Of a stretch of DNA of 64,000 bases, positions 1 to 10,198 are shown piece by piece. The DNA comes from an uncultured Chloroflexia bacterium. GTDB lineage: Bacteria > Chloroflexota > Limnocylindria > Limnocylindrales > CSP1-4. Numbering within the stretch: position 1 is the first letter of the stretch; the number at the start of each line of letters is the position of its first letter. The notes under the pieces were generated by a model. It saw only the letters and a list, made by a program, of their open reading frames with translations, was not told where the DNA came from and did not search any database. The stretch covers positions 6,985 through 70,984 of the forward strand of contig CAVQSY010000041.1 in the NCBI GenBank assembly GCA_963716025.1, written 5' to 3'. The translations under genes and the position numbers were made by a program.

Positions 1-369
1 TGATCCCCAGCGCTCGAAGAAGCCCTCGGTGCGGACGAGGTCGGCCTCGGTGAACCGCAGGAACCGGCCCCACCGGATCAGCAGCGGGCGGCCGCCCCAG
101 TACCCGATCCCGTACGCGACCAGCGCACCCACCAGCGACCCGAGCGTCGCGAACACGACCAGGATCGGGACGTTCCACGGCGAGCCCGTCAGGGGCTCCA
201 GCGACGCCGTATCGGCCGCCAGGAATCCCGCGAAGGGCAGGATGATCTCCGACGGGATCGGGATGATGACGCTCTCGATGGCGACCCACAGGGCCACCCC
301 GAAGTAGCCCACCGCCTCGTAGATGGCCGTCACGAGGTCGCGGACGGGCCCGTTCAGGAAGTCGAACAC
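1..369 (-). CDS. DedA-family membrane protein, partial (C-terminal end lies outside window)
   Basis: Reverse-complement translation gives MFDFLNGPVRDLVTAIYEAVGYFGVALWVAIESVIIPIPSEIILPFAGFLAADTASLEPLTGSPWN..., which is the conserved DedA/SNARE-associated N-terminal pattern. The GTG start maps to 367-369. Confidence 0.55.
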   Translation of the reverse strand, partial: MFDFLNGPVRDLVTAIYEAVGYFGVALWVAIESVIIPIPSEIILPFAGFLAADTASLEPLTGSPWNVPILVVFATLGSLVGALVAYGIGYWGGRPLLIRWGRFLRFTEADLVRTEGFFERWGS

Positions 370-400
370 GGCCGAAGGGTAGCGGACTATCCTCGCTCTG

Positions 401-2032
401 GTGACCGACGCGCACTTCCTCCCTGAACGATCGCCCGTGACGCGGGCTCGCGACCTCGTCGTCCTGACCGGTGCGGACCTGTCCGTGGCGGACGTCGAAG
501 CCGTGGCGCGCCGCGGCGCGCAGGCGGCGCTGGACATCCATGCCCGCGACCGGATGCAGGAGGCCCGCGACGTCATCGAGGCGCTGGTCGCCCGAGGTGA
601 GGTCGTGTACGGCGTGACGACCGGCTTCGGCGACCTCGCGACGACGCCGATCCCGCCCGGCGATGCCGTCCAGCTGCAGGAGAACCTGCTCGTCTCACAT
701 GCCGCGGGCGTGGGGCCGGCCTTCCCGCGAGAGGTCGTGCGGGCGATGCTGCTGCTGCGGGCCAACACGCTGGCCCTGGGCCACTCGGGGTGCCGCCCGC
801 TGCTGGTGGACCGGATCTGCCGGTTCCTGGAGCTGGGAATCCACCCGGTGGTCCCGGAGCAGGGGAGCGTGGGCGCGTCGGGAGACCTGGCGCCGCTCGC
901 CCACCTCGCGCTGCCGCTGATCGGACGCGGGCAGGTGGAGCTGCGCGGTCAGGTGATGCCCGCGATGGTCGCCCTCCGGGAGTGCGACCTGGAGCCACTG
1001 ACCCTCCAGGCCAAGGAGGGCCTAGCGCTCCTCAACGGCACCCAGCTGATGAGCGCGCTCGGAGCCCTGCTGCTCGCTGACGCGGACCGGCTGGCGCGCA
1101 CGGCATCGGTGGCGGCGGCGATGTCGGTCGAGGCGCTGCTGGGGACCGAGGTGGCCTTCGCGGCGCCGTACCAGCTCGCCCGGCCGCACCCGGGCCAGGT
1201 CGCGGTGGCGGGGGAGCTGCGGCACCTGCTCCGGGGCTCCGGGCTGCAGACCGCACACCACGGGTCCGCGCACAAGGTCCAGGACCCGTACTCGCTGCGC
1301 TGCGTGCCCCAGGTGCATGGAGCCGTGCGCGATGCGCTGGACCATCTTCGGCGGGTGCTGGACATCGAGCTCAACTCCGCGACCGACAACCCGCTCGTGT
1401 TCCCGGACGGTGGTTCCGTCCCGACCGATGCGCTCGCGACCGGGGGCGGGCTCGTGATCAGCGGTGGAAACTTCCACGGGGAGCCGATCGCGCTCTCGCT
1501 CGACTTCGCGAAGCTGGCGGTCTCGGAGCTGGGAGCCATCTCGGAACGGCGGACGGCGCTGCTCCTCGATCCGCGGCTCAACGGCGGGCTGCCGGCCTTC
1601 CTCTCGCCGGACCCGGGCCGGAACAGCGGGCTGATGATCGCCCAGTACACGGCGGCCGCCCTGGCGTCGGAGAACAAGGTGCTGGCCCACCCATCGTCGG
1701 CCGACTCGATCCCCACCTCGGCGAACCAGGAGGACCACGTCTCGATGGGGGCCACGTCCGCCCGGCACGCGCGCACCGTGCTGGGGCACGTCGAGCAGAT
1801 CCTCGCGATCGAGCTGCTGTGCGCCGCGCAGGCGCTGGACCTGCGGCTGGCCCGGGTTGAGGCCGGCGCCGACGGCGCGGTCCCGGCGCCGGGCTCGGGC
1901 GTCCTCGAGGCCCATCGCCGGCTGCGCGAGCGGATCCCGTTCCTGGCCGAGGATCGCGAGCCGGGGCCGGACCTCGCGGCCGCCCTGGCGCTGGTCCACG
2001 AGGGGGCGCTCGCTGACCTCGTCGGCGGCTGA
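401..2032 (+). CDS. hutH: histidine ammonia-lyase
   Basis: 543-aa ORF with the MIO-forming GASGDLAPLAHLA (Ala-Ser-Gly) motif and an aromatic ammonia-lyase fold; in a cluster with hutU and hutI. GTG start at 401; an alternative GTG lies at 437. Confidence 0.85.
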   Translation: MTDAHFLPERSPVTRARDLVVLTGADLSVADVEAVARRGAQAALDIHARDRMQEARDVIEALVARGEVVYGVTTGFGDLATTPIPPGDAVQLQENLLVSHAAGVGPAFPREVVRAMLLLRANTLALGHSGCRPLLVDRICRFLELGIHPVVPEQGSVGASGDLAPLAHLALPLIGRGQVELRGQVMPAMVALRECDLEPLTLQAKEGLALLNGTQLMSALGALLLADADRLARTASVAAAMSVEALLGTEVAFAAPYQLARPHPGQVAVAGELRHLLRGSGLQTAHHGSAHKVQDPYSLRCVPQVHGAVRDALDHLRRVLDIELNSATDNPLVFPDGGSVPTDALATGGGLVISGGNFHGEPIALSLDFAKLAVSELGAISERRTALLLDPRLNGGLPAFLSPDPGRNSGLMIAQYTAAALASENKVLAHPSSADSIPTSANQEDHVSMGATSARHARTVLGHVEQILAIELLCAAQALDLRLARVEAGADGAVPAPGSGVLEAHRRLRERIPFLAEDREPGPDLAAALALVHEGALADLVGG

Positions 2033-2265
2033 CACGGCCCGAAGTCGGCAAGTCACCTCCGACTGGGATCCGTCACCACCGAACAGGGCTCGTCACGCGT
2101 CCAAGCGTGACCGCGCGACGAGCTCCTCGTGCTGCCCGGCCGGTTGAGTCGCTGGCGACTTGTGGCACGTGGCGCGGCCCGGTGGGGCTGCGGCGCGTCT
2201 GGGGGCCCCAGCCGGCGAGCCCCCGCCGTGCCCCCCGGTGGGCGGCCGGCATCCCCGGCGGCCCG

Positions 2266-2754
2266 TCAGGAGCGGGCGAACCGGCGCAGGCTGACTCGGC
2301 CACCCGCCAGGGCGGCGAGCAGCAGCATCAGGGCCGGCAGTTCGCCGGGTTTCGGTGACGGGCCGGGTTCCGGCGGCGGCACGAGACCGGCTGTCGCGGT
2401 GTCCGGCGCGGCGGTCACGGTGAAGAACGCGTTCGGGCCGCAGGGCTCGTCGCCACCCGGGATGCGCAGGTGCGCTCGCCACCGGCCGACGTCGGCAGCC
2501 CTCGCGACGAACCGGTACTCCTGGCCGTCCCGACCGCCAACCCGGACGCGCGCCACGCGCACGCCATCGTGGAACAGCGTCACGATGCCGGCAACGCCGC
2601 TGCCTTGTCCGATCACGAACTCGGTGCCCGCCGGGCCGCGGCGTGGCTCCACGTCGACGACGAAGCAGTGGTCGGCGTCGGCAGGGGTCGCTGCACCAGG
2701 GCTGACCAGCATGGCGATCGCCATGACCAGCGCCGTGCCCAACGTTCGTCGCAT
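2266..2754 (-). CDS. small secreted or anchored hypothetical protein (signal peptide plus C-terminal hydrophobic anchor with basic tail)
   Basis: C-terminal 162 aa of the long minus ORF 2266..3696. ATG at 2752-2754 is preceded by GGAG. N-terminus MRRTLGTALVMAIAMLVSPGAATPADA is signal-peptide-like. C-terminus ...PKPGELPALMLLLAALAGGRVSLRRFARS resembles a sorting/anchor signal. The upstream part of that ORF overlaps a better + strand gene and was discarded. Confidence 0.45.
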   Translation of the reverse strand: MRRTLGTALVMAIAMLVSPGAATPADADHCFVVDVEPRRGPAGTEFVIGQGSGVAGIVTLFHDGVRVARVRVGGRDGQEYRFVARAADVGRWRAHLRIPGGDEPCGPNAFFTVTAAPDTATAGLVPPPEPGPSPKPGELPALMLLLAALAGGRVSLRRFARS

Positions 2755-2838
2755 CGTCGTCTCCGCACTCGGTTCGCTGGGGGAGACTCCCTGGACCCCG
2801 CGGTCGTGACGGGACCCCGCACGCCGTAGACTCCAAGT

Positions 2839-3603
2839 ATGGCCATCCGCATCGTCGACGTGACCGACGACGCCACCTTCGTGCTGCTCCCGCCGTGCGC
2901 GGACGCGGGGTTCGACCACCGGTCGTGCGACTACTGGGAGGACGCGGATCGCGGCTCGCGCGCCGCCCGGTCCTCGTGGCTGAGCGCCGCCGTGCCCACC
3001 CCCGTCGCGAAGCCGCGGCCGCGCAACCCGTTCGGGGAGGACGAGGGCGACGAGCCGGTCATCAACCCCTTCGCTCGGGCCTCCCGTGGTCCGGCGCTCA
3101 ACCCGTTCGCGACCGGCGACGACGAGCCCGCCTTCAACCCCTTCGCGCCCGCGCCGAAGGCTCGGCCGGCAGTGGCCGCAGATGCGCTGCCCAAGCTGCG
3201 CCTCCTGGCCCGGGGGCTGGGCGTGTTCGGGTCGTACGCCAAGGTGCTGCTCGACGACGACGAGCCCGCCGCGTATGCCCAGTTCGGGCCGCTGTCCGCC
3301 TACCCACGGGCGCTCCGCACCCGCGACCTCTACCCGCGCCTGCCCGCCTCGCCGCTGCCCGCGGTGATCACCTGCATCGCCACCACGGCCGCGGCGCGGG
3401 AGCGCGGGCTTGCCGCGATGCTGGTCGACGCGGTTTGCGACGATCTCGCCGGCCGGGGTTTTGCCGCCGTGGAAACGTACCCGGAGATCGGTGCCCGCCC
3501 GAATGCGACCAGCTCGCCGGCCCCGGCGTTCTGGGAGCGCCTCGGCTTCGTGGTCGCGGCTCCTGACGAGCGCTTCCCGGTCATGCGCCGCGAGCTCGCG
3601 TGA
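2839..3603 (+). CDS. hypothetical protein with C-terminal GNAT-like fold
   Basis: 254-aa ORF. C-terminal segment ...ITCIATTAAARERGLAAMLVDAVCDDLAGRGFAAVETYPE... resembles the acetyl-CoA binding region of GNAT acetyltransferases. Stop overlaps the next gene start (GTGA). Confidence 0.5.
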   Translation: MAIRIVDVTDDATFVLLPPCADAGFDHRSCDYWEDADRGSRAARSSWLSAAVPTPVAKPRPRNPFGEDEGDEPVINPFARASRGPALNPFATGDDEPAFNPFAPAPKARPAVAADALPKLRLLARGLGVFGSYAKVLLDDDEPAAYAQFGPLSAYPRALRTRDLYPRLPASPLPAVITCIATTAAARERGLAAMLVDAVCDDLAGRGFAAVETYPEIGARPNATSSPAPAFWERLGFVVAAPDERFPVMRRELA

Positions 3604-4289
3604 GGCGCCTCCGAGGACCGGTGCTCGTCGCGCTCGTCGCGCTCCCGCTCGCCGCGCTGGGCACCGGATGCGGTGGCCCGGGGTCGTCGGATGCACCAGG
3701 GCCCGCCTCGACTGGCTCGCCCGCGGCAGTCACCACGACTCCGACCGCAAGCCCCGGCGCGACTCTGACCGCGAGCCCGATCCCATCGGCGCCGGGGTCC
3801 CCATCGGCTGGGTCGTCGCCCTCGCCTTCGTCGTCGAGCACCGTCCGCGCCGTCGAGGACCCCGCGCTCATCGAGATCCTCCCCGCCGAGGTTGCCGGCA
3901 ACCCCGTCACCCTCGAGTCCCTCGCCTTCGCGGAGGCCCTGGCCGACCCCGGGTTTGCGGCCAACATCGAGGCCGCCGCCTTCGGCATCGTCGTGGCCGG
4001 CAACGACCTCGCGTCCGCCGTGGTGGCAAGGCCCGTCGACGGCGTGGTGACCGACGCCTGGTTCCGCGACTGGCGCGACTCGTACAACGAGGGCGCCTGC
4101 GCCCAGTCCGGTGGCGTCGCGGGCAACGCCGAGGCCGACATCGGCGGCCGGACGGTCCACATCGGGACGTGCGCTGGGGGCCTTCGCACGTACCACACCT
4201 GGATCGAGGACCGCGGCCTGCTGGTCTCGGCGTTCTCGATCGGCGAGGGCCGGTTCGGCGAGCAGCTGATGGCGGGCCTGCGCCCCTGA
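3600..4289 (+). CDS. lipoprotein, unknown function
   Basis: GTG start overlapping the upstream stop. N-terminus [24 protein letters not shown] has a lipobox (LGTGC), followed by a Ser/Pro/Thr-rich linker and a globular domain. Confidence 0.55.
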   Translation: MRRLRGPVLVALVALPLAALGTGCGGPGSSDAPGPASTGSPAAVTTTPTASPGATLTASPIPSAPGSPSAGSSPSPSSSSTVRAVEDPALIEILPAEVAGNPVTLESLAFAEALADPGFAANIEAAAFGIVVAGNDLASAVVARPVDGVVTDAWFRDWRDSYNEGACAQSGGVAGNAEADIGGRTVHIGTCAGGLRTYHTWIEDRGLLVSAFSIGEGRFGEQLMAGLRP

Positions 4290-4311
4290 CGAGCAGCGTA
4301 GACTCGGGGCC

Positions 4312-5997
4312 ATGACCACCGAGACCGACGGCGCCGATCCCTCGGGCCCGCGCCCCGTCCGCGCCCCCCGCGGCACGACCCTGTCCGCGAAGGGATGGCA
4401 GCAGGAGGCGGCCCTGCGGATGCTGATGAACAACCTCGACCCCGAGGTCGCGGAGAACCCCGACGAGCTGGTGGTCTACGGCGGGACCGGGCGCGCGGCC
4501 CGCAGCTGGGAGGCGTTCGACGCCATCGTCCGCGAGCTCCGCCGCCTCGAGGACGACGAGACCCTGCTGGTCCAGAGCGGCAAGCCCGTGGCCGTGTTCC
4601 GGACTCACGAGTGGGCGCCGCGGGTCCTGATCGCCAACTCCAACCTCGTCGGCAAGTGGGCGAACTGGGATCACTTCCGCGAGCTGGAGCGGCAGGGGCT
4701 GATGATGTACGGCCAGATGACCGCGGGGTCCTGGATCTACATCGGCACCCAGGGGATCCTCCAGGGCACCTACGAGACCTTCGCGGAGCTTGCCCGCCAG
4801 CATCACGACGGGACGCTGCACGGGACCGTGACCCTGACCGCGGGCCTCGGTGGGATGGGCGGCGCCCAGCCCCTTGCGGTGACGATGAACGAGGGCGTGT
4901 GCATCGCGATCGAGGTCGACGAGCACCGGGCCCAGCGGCGGCACGAGATCGGCTACGTGGACCGGCTGACGCACTCGCCCCAGGAGGCGCTGGCGATGGC
5001 CCGCCAGGCGGCAGCGGCCGGCGAGGCGGTCTCCATCGCCCTGGTGGGCAACGCGGCCGAGATCGAGCCGATGTGGGCGAAGGCCGGCGAGCAATTCGAC
5101 GTGGTGACGGACCAGACGTCGGCGCACGACGCGCTGGCCGGGTACGTGCCCGCCGAGATCTCGCTCCACGACGCGCACGTGCTCCGGATCTCGCAGCCGG
5201 ATGCCTACATGGAGCGCTCGATGCGGTCGATGGCCGAGCATGTCCGGGCGATGCTCGTTTTCCAGGAAGCCGGCGCGGTCGTGTTCGACTACGGCAACAA
5301 CCTTCGGGCGCAGGCGCAGGAGGCGGGTGTCGAGCACGCGTTCGACTACCCGGGCTTCGTGCCGGCGTTCATCCGCCCGCAGTTCTGCGAGGGCCGAGGC
5401 CCGTTCCGCTGGGTTGCCCTGTCGGGCGATCCCGCGGACATCCGGCGGACCGACCGGGCGCTGCTCGAGCTGTTCCCCTCCGACCGAGGCCTGCGTCGCT
5501 GGCTGGAGCTGGCCGAGGCCAAGGTGCCCTTCCAGGGCCTGCCGGCGCGGATCTGCTGGCTGGGCTACGGCGAGCGGGCGAAGGCCGGCCTGGAGTTCAA
5601 CCGGCTCGTCGCGTCGGGCGAGGTCAAGGCGCCGATCGTGATCGGGCGCGACCACCTGGACTCGGGGTCCGTGGCCTCGCCCAACCGCGAGACCGAGGCG
5701 ATGCTCGACGGCTCCGACGCGGTCGCCGACTGGCCCCTGCTCAATGCCCTGGTCAACACTGCCGCCGGGGCGACCTGGGTGTCGATCCACCACGGTGGCG
5801 GGACGGGGATCGGCTACTCGCAGCATGCGGGTATGGTGGTGGTGGCCGACGGCACCGAGCTCGCCGCCCGCAAGCTCGAGCGGGTGCTCACGAGTGATCC
5901 GGGCATGGGCGTGGTCCGCCACGTGGACGCGGGCTACGAGCGCGCGATCGAGGTCGCCCGCGAGCGCGGCGTGCGAATTCCGATGCTCGACCGCTGA
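4312..5997 (+). CDS. hutU: urocanate hydratase
   Basis: 561-aa ORF with the characteristic urocanase sequence throughout (NAD-binding region, ...[10 protein letters not shown]...); sits between hutH and hutI. Confidence 0.9.
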   Translation: MTTETDGADPSGPRPVRAPRGTTLSAKGWQQEAALRMLMNNLDPEVAENPDELVVYGGTGRAARSWEAFDAIVRELRRLEDDETLLVQSGKPVAVFRTHEWAPRVLIANSNLVGKWANWDHFRELERQGLMMYGQMTAGSWIYIGTQGILQGTYETFAELARQHHDGTLHGTVTLTAGLGGMGGAQPLAVTMNEGVCIAIEVDEHRAQRRHEIGYVDRLTHSPQEALAMARQAAAAGEAVSIALVGNAAEIEPMWAKAGEQFDVVTDQTSAHDALAGYVPAEISLHDAHVLRISQPDAYMERSMRSMAEHVRAMLVFQEAGAVVFDYGNNLRAQAQEAGVEHAFDYPGFVPAFIRPQFCEGRGPFRWVALSGDPADIRRTDRALLELFPSDRGLRRWLELAEAKVPFQGLPARICWLGYGERAKAGLEFNRLVASGEVKAPIVIGRDHLDSGSVASPNRETEAMLDGSDAVADWPLLNALVNTAAGATWVSIHHGGGTGIGYSQHAGMVVVADGTELAARKLERVLTSDPGMGVVRHVDAGYERAIEVARERGVRIPMLDR

Positions 5998-6053
5998 CGC
6001 CTGTCCGGATGGGGGATGACGTCCTGGTGATGGCGCGCTGACGCCATGCGTCG

Positions 6054-6308
6054 ATGATTGGCCCGATGCACGGACGCCCAGGCCGTGCCCCATCGGGGAT
6101 GGAGATGGACATCGCCCACGCGGTCGCCAGCCGGCTCACCGAGGTCCGCATCCGGCAGGCCCTCGGCGAGGCGCAGCGTGCCCGGCGCGAGGTGCTGCGA
6201 GAGGACCTGTTCGACGGCGACTGCGCCCGGTGTGTGCGTCGGGCCCGCGCCGCGGATGCTCGAGTGCGCCGCCTCGAGGCCGCGCTGCACGCCCGCCGCC
6301 AGAACTGA
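6054..6308 (+). CDS. small hypothetical protein (uncertain)
   Basis: 84-aa ORF between hutU and the formimidoyltransferase gene; charged, helical-looking composition; no recognisable domain. Confidence 0.2.
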   Translation: MIGPMHGRPGRAPSGMEMDIAHAVASRLTEVRIRQALGEAQRARREVLREDLFDGDCARCVRRARAADARVRRLEAALHARRQN

Positions 6309-6392
6309 CCCCCGGCGGTGCCGGTCGCCGCTGGGCCTGCCGGCCCGCCGGTTCGACCCGCCGGCCGGCGCCCCGGCCTGTAGATTCGAAGC

Positions 6393-7379
6393 GTGCTTGT
6401 TGAGAGCGTCCCCAACGTCTCCGAAGGCCGCCGCCTCGACGTCGTCGAGCGCCTCGCGAACGCCCTGATCTCGGTTCCCGGCGTGTTCCTGTTGGACCGC
6501 ACCTCGGACGCGAGCCACAACCGGTCCGTGTTCACCATCGCCGGTGAGCACGACGCGGTTTCGGAGGGCCTGGAACGGCTCGTGGACCAGGCGCTCGCCG
6601 ACATCGACATGGACGCCCACACGGGTGAGCACCCGCGGATCGGCGCGGTCGACGTGATCCCGTTCATTCCCCTCGGCGACACGACGATGGACGCCTGCGT
6701 GGACCTGGCCCGGTCCTTCGGCGCCCGGATCGCACACCGCTGCGACCTCCCGGTCTTCCTCTACGCCGCAGCCACGACCCGGACGGACCGGGTCAAGCTC
6801 GCCGACGTGCGTCGGGGCCAGTACGAGGGGCTCAAGGTCGAGATCACCCACAACGGACGGCAGCCGGACTACGGCCCGGCGAGGATGCACCCGCGGTTTG
6901 GCGCGGTCGCCGTGGGCGCACGGCCGTTCCTGATCGCCTGGAACATCAACCTCGACTCGGACGACGTGGAGCTGGCGAAGCGGATCGCCCGCCGGGTCCG
7001 GGAGTCGGGCGGCGGGCTGCCATCGCTGCAGGCGAACGGGTTCCGGGTCGAGGAGCCCGGGCGCGGGCACCCGGTCCGTGCCCAGGTGTCGATGAACCTG
7101 CTCGACTTCTCGGTGACTCCGCTGTGGCTGGCGTGGGCGACGGTGCGCGAGCTGGCGGCTGAGGACGGCGTCGCTCTCGCCGAGTCGGAGCTGATCGGGC
7201 TCGCTCCGCTCGCGGCACTGCTCGACGTTGCCGACCATGCCGGGGCGCCGGACGACGCCGACGTCCGGGTGCGCCTTCGCGCCGCGGCCGAGGCGATCAG
7301 CCTGCGTGACTTCTCGCCGCTGATGGCCCTCGAGCTGCGCCTCGCGGCGGCCCGCGAGACCGGCAGGATCCCGAAGTGA
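6393..7379 (+). CDS. glutamate formimidoyltransferase (FtcD N-terminal-type transferase domain)
   Basis: Starts MLVESVPNVSEGRR..., the signature of the formiminotransferase family. Its 328 aa correspond to the transferase domain only, with no cyclodeaminase domain. Stop overlaps the hutI GTG start (GTGA). Confidence 0.8.
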   Translation: MLVESVPNVSEGRRLDVVERLANALISVPGVFLLDRTSDASHNRSVFTIAGEHDAVSEGLERLVDQALADIDMDAHTGEHPRIGAVDVIPFIPLGDTTMDACVDLARSFGARIAHRCDLPVFLYAAATTRTDRVKLADVRRGQYEGLKVEITHNGRQPDYGPARMHPRFGAVAVGARPFLIAWNINLDSDDVELAKRIARRVRESGGGLPSLQANGFRVEEPGRGHPVRAQVSMNLLDFSVTPLWLAWATVRELAAEDGVALAESELIGLAPLAALLDVADHAGAPDDADVRVRLRAAAEAISLRDFSPLMALELRLAAARETGRIPK

Positions 7380-8743
7380 CCCTCCGCCTGATCGAGGGCG
7401 GACGAGCGTCGGCCGATGCGCCGGGGCTGCTGATCCATGGCGCGTCCCAGGTCGCGACGCTTGCCGGCGGCATCCGCCGGGGTGCGGCGCAGGACGATCC
7501 CGGTCTCCTCGACGCGGCGGCCGTCGGTGGGCCGGGCTCCGCGGCCGCCCCCGTCGTCGCGTGCTGGGAGGGCCGGATCGTCGCGGTCGGCCCGCGGGAC
7601 CTCGTGGAGCAGGGACTCGAGGCCAACGGCCTGCCGCTGGCGCGGTTCGTCCGGATCGACGCCGACGGCGGGGTCGTCACGCCGGGCCTCGTGGACCCCC
7701 ACACGCACCTGCTGTTCGCCGGCTCCCGCGAGGGCGAGCTCATCCTGCGCCAGCAGGGCGCGAGCTATCTCGACATCCTCGCCGGGGGCGGCGGGATCCT
7801 GGCCACGGTGGCCGCCACCCGGGCCGCCACGTCCGAGCAGCTCGCCGCACATGGGCGGCGCTGGCTGGACGAGATGGTCCGCCACGGCGTCACGACCGTC
7901 GAGGCGAAGTCCGGGTACGGGCTGGATCTCCAGACCGAGCTCCGGTTGCTCGAGGTGGCCTTCGAGCTCGGGAAGGAGGGGCCGGTGGACATCGTCCCGA
8001 CGTTCCTGGGTGCTCATGCCGTCCCCGCCGAGTACCGGTCTCGTCCGGACGGCACCGAGGCGTACGTCCGCCACGTCATCGAGGAGCAGCTGCCCGGCGT
8101 GGCGGCGCAGGGCCGCGCCCGGTCCTGCGACGTGTTCTGCGAACAGGGCGTGTTCACCGCCGAGCACAGCCGCCGCATCCTGCTGGCCGCCGCCGCGTAC
8201 GGCATGGCGATCCGGCTGCACGCCGACGAGCTGGCACCGTCGGGCGGTGCGGAGCTGGCGGCCGAGCTTGGCGCGCTGTCCGCGGACCACCTCCATTCGC
8301 CCTCCGACGAGGGGCTTCTGGCGCTGGCCGAGGCCGCGAAGGGCGAGCGGCCGACCGTCGCGACCCTGCTGCCGGCAACCACCTGGTTCCTGATGGCCGA
8401 CGAGCCCGCCCCCGCGCGCCGGTTCATCGACGCGGGCGTCCCGGTCGCCCTGGGCACCGACTTCAACCCTGGCACCTCGCCCACGCCGTCGCTGCCGCTG
8501 GTGATGACCATTGCCTGCCTCGCGATGAAGCTGTCGCCGGCAGAGGCGCTGGCGGCCGTCACCGTCAACGCGGCGCACGCGGTCGGCGTCGCCGAGGAGG
8601 TGGGATCGCTCGAGCCGGACAAGGCAGCCGACCTTGTGATCTGGCGCGCGTCGACCGTGGACCAGCTGCCGTACTGGGTCGGCGCCGACCTCGCCGAGAC
8701 GGTCATCAAGCGAGGACGCGTGATCTACCGGCGGCCCGCCTGA
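7376..8743 (+). CDS. hutI: imidazolonepropionase
   Basis: 455-aa amidohydrolase with the GLVDPHTHLLFAGSR metal-binding motif typical of HutI. Confidence 0.85.
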   Translation: MTLRLIEGGRASADAPGLLIHGASQVATLAGGIRRGAAQDDPGLLDAAAVGGPGSAAAPVVACWEGRIVAVGPRDLVEQGLEANGLPLARFVRIDADGGVVTPGLVDPHTHLLFAGSREGELILRQQGASYLDILAGGGGILATVAATRAATSEQLAAHGRRWLDEMVRHGVTTVEAKSGYGLDLQTELRLLEVAFELGKEGPVDIVPTFLGAHAVPAEYRSRPDGTEAYVRHVIEEQLPGVAAQGRARSCDVFCEQGVFTAEHSRRILLAAAAYGMAIRLHADELAPSGGAELAAELGALSADHLHSPSDEGLLALAEAAKGERPTVATLLPATTWFLMADEPAPARRFIDAGVPVALGTDFNPGTSPTPSLPLVMTIACLAMKLSPAEALAAVTVNAAHAVGVAEEVGSLEPDKAADLVIWRASTVDQLPYWVGADLAETVIKRGRVIYRRPA

Positions 8744-8752
8744 GAGTGGCTC

Positions 8753-8771
8753 CTCGCGGGGCCGGAAGCCC
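8753..8771 (+). terminator. GC-rich hairpin between convergent hutI and yhhN-like genes (possible intrinsic terminator)
   Basis: CGGGGC-cggaa-GCCCCG inverted repeat immediately after the hutI stop; there is no U tract, as is common in high-GC genomes. Confidence 0.2.
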
Positions 8772-8807
8772 CGGCAGGGAGCCGGGTCGCCGGATGGGAT
8801 CCGTGGC

Positions 8808-9482
8808 TCACCGGACCAGTGCCAGCAGGATCAGCCCCTGGGCGAGGTGGTAGGTCACCATCACCCCCGTCCGAAGCATCCGCCATCCGCCCCGTTCCCG
8901 TTCGAGATCGGACGCCCGGAACCGGCGCCAGCCCAGCAGCGCGTCCGAGGTCACGAACAGCCATGCCCCGGCGATCGCGGCTGGCTCGCCGGTCCGCGTG
9001 GCGACCACCGCCATGACCGTGATGACGGCCAGGTAGACGGCGACCGCTCCCCCCAGCCCGGCGGCGCGCGCCGCACGGAGCAGAACCCGGCCCACGGTCG
9101 CCGCGACGACCGCGCCGGCCATCAGCCCGACCACGAGCCAGGCCGGGTCGCCGGGGACCAGCAGGAAGGCCGCGAGGTAGGCGAGGTGCGCCACGAGGAA
9201 GGCCGCCAGCCCGGGCACGAAGCGTGCCGGCGGGAGCAGCAGGATGTCGCCGGCCAGCGACGCCGCCAGCCCTCCCACCAGCCACGGTCGAATGCTCGCC
9301 GCCAGGGGTGTGGAGGCCGGGGCAACGAGCGCCACCGCGATCAGCGCGATGATGACGAGGGGCTTTGCGATGCGCTCGGTGGCACGGCCGACCGGCCCGC
9401 CTGCCCACACGGCCGCCCAATTCGCGATGGCGGCAACCACGGCGACAGCGAGGGGAACCCACGGTTCCACGAGCAGCCCCAT
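8808..9482 (-). CDS. YhhN-family (lysoplasmalogenase-like) membrane protein
   Basis: 224-aa polytopic membrane protein with the YhhN/TMEM86-like hydrophobic pattern. Confidence 0.55.
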   Translation of the reverse strand: MGLLVEPWVPLAVAVVAAIANWAAVWAGGPVGRATERIAKPLVIIALIAVALVAPASTPLAASIRPWLVGGLAASLAGDILLLPPARFVPGLAAFLVAHLAYLAAFLLVPGDPAWLVVGLMAGAVVAATVGRVLLRAARAAGLGGAVAVYLAVITVMAVVATRTGEPAAIAGAWLFVTSDALLGWRRFRASDLERERGGWRMLRTGVMVTYHLAQGLILLALVR

Positions 9483-9526
9483 CCCTACCCGGTCACGACG
9501 TCAGGCCCGGGACCCGGTTCACGACG

Positions 9527-10198
9527 TCAGACCTTGCCGCGCGACTCCAGCACGACGGTCGTGGTCTCGGGCGGGAGGCTCGATGAGGTCACCGAGAGCT
9601 TCGCCTGCGGCACGGGCTCTGCGCCCATCTCGTGCAGGAACTGCTTCATCGCCTCGTCGCAGTCCGCCTCGTCCTCGCAGACCGGCATCGGAACGACGAT
9701 CTTCGGGTCCAGCTGGGCGATGAGCGCTGCCGCCATGGTGGCTGTCAGGGCCCCGCCGATCGGCACGCAGGCGATATCGATGCGCCCGATGTCCCCGAGC
9801 TTCCCCTCCGCCAGCTCGTGCCCGATATCGCCGAGGTGGATGGTGTGCAGGTTGTCCAGCTCTGTCACGAAGCTGGTCTGGCGGCCACGGCTGGAACCCT
9901 TCGCGTTGTCGCGGAAGGTGCGGACGCCGGTCAGCAGGACGTGGTGGACCTCGTACTCTCCCGGACCGTCGAGGACGAACGCCGTCTCGAGGCTCGACGG
10001 GATCGCCGTGGCTCCATCGCGCGACCGCAGGCCGGGCTTCTTGGGGAGCGGGGCGTCGTCGGGATGGCTGTAGGTGATGACGTCGGCGGTGATGCCGCGG
10101 CCGGTGGGGCCGACGACGGCGGGGTAGGCGTCGTTGACGACGACGGCGTCCTTGCCGCGCAGCCGGATGCAGGTTCGTCCGTACCAGGTGAGCTCCAT
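9527..10198 (-). CDS. MBL-fold metal-dependent hydrolase (COG2220/UlaG-like)
   Basis: Start placed at MELTWYGRTCIRLRGKDAVVVNDAYPA... (ATG at 10196-10198), the typical N-terminus of this family. The longer ORF extension upstream is R/P-rich and was rejected. Confidence 0.6.
   Translation of the reverse strand: MELTWYGRTCIRLRGKDAVVVNDAYPAVVGPTGRGITADVITYSHPDDAPLPKKPGLRSRDGATAIPSSLETAFVLDGPGEYEVHHVLLTGVRTFRDNAKGSSRGRQTSFVTELDNLHTIHLGDIGHELAEGKLGDIGRIDIACVPIGGALTATMAAALIAQLDPKIVVPMPVCEDEADCDEAMKQFLHEMGAEPVPQAKLSVTSSSLPPETTTVVLESRGKV

Noticed and set aside
2755-3696. N-terminal 314 codons of minus ORF 2266..3696
   Set aside because: It overlaps the + strand GNAT-like gene. The sequence is R/G-rich until the internal ATG that begins a bona fide signal peptide.
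3907-6093. 728-aa minus-strand ORF
   Set aside because: Antisense to urocanate hydratase, which is unambiguous; no domain signatures.
6946-7218. Short antisense ORFs inside ftcD/hutI and similar 60-120-aa ORFs throughout
   Set aside because: They are embedded in the opposite strand of strongly supported genes, which is expected by chance at this GC content.
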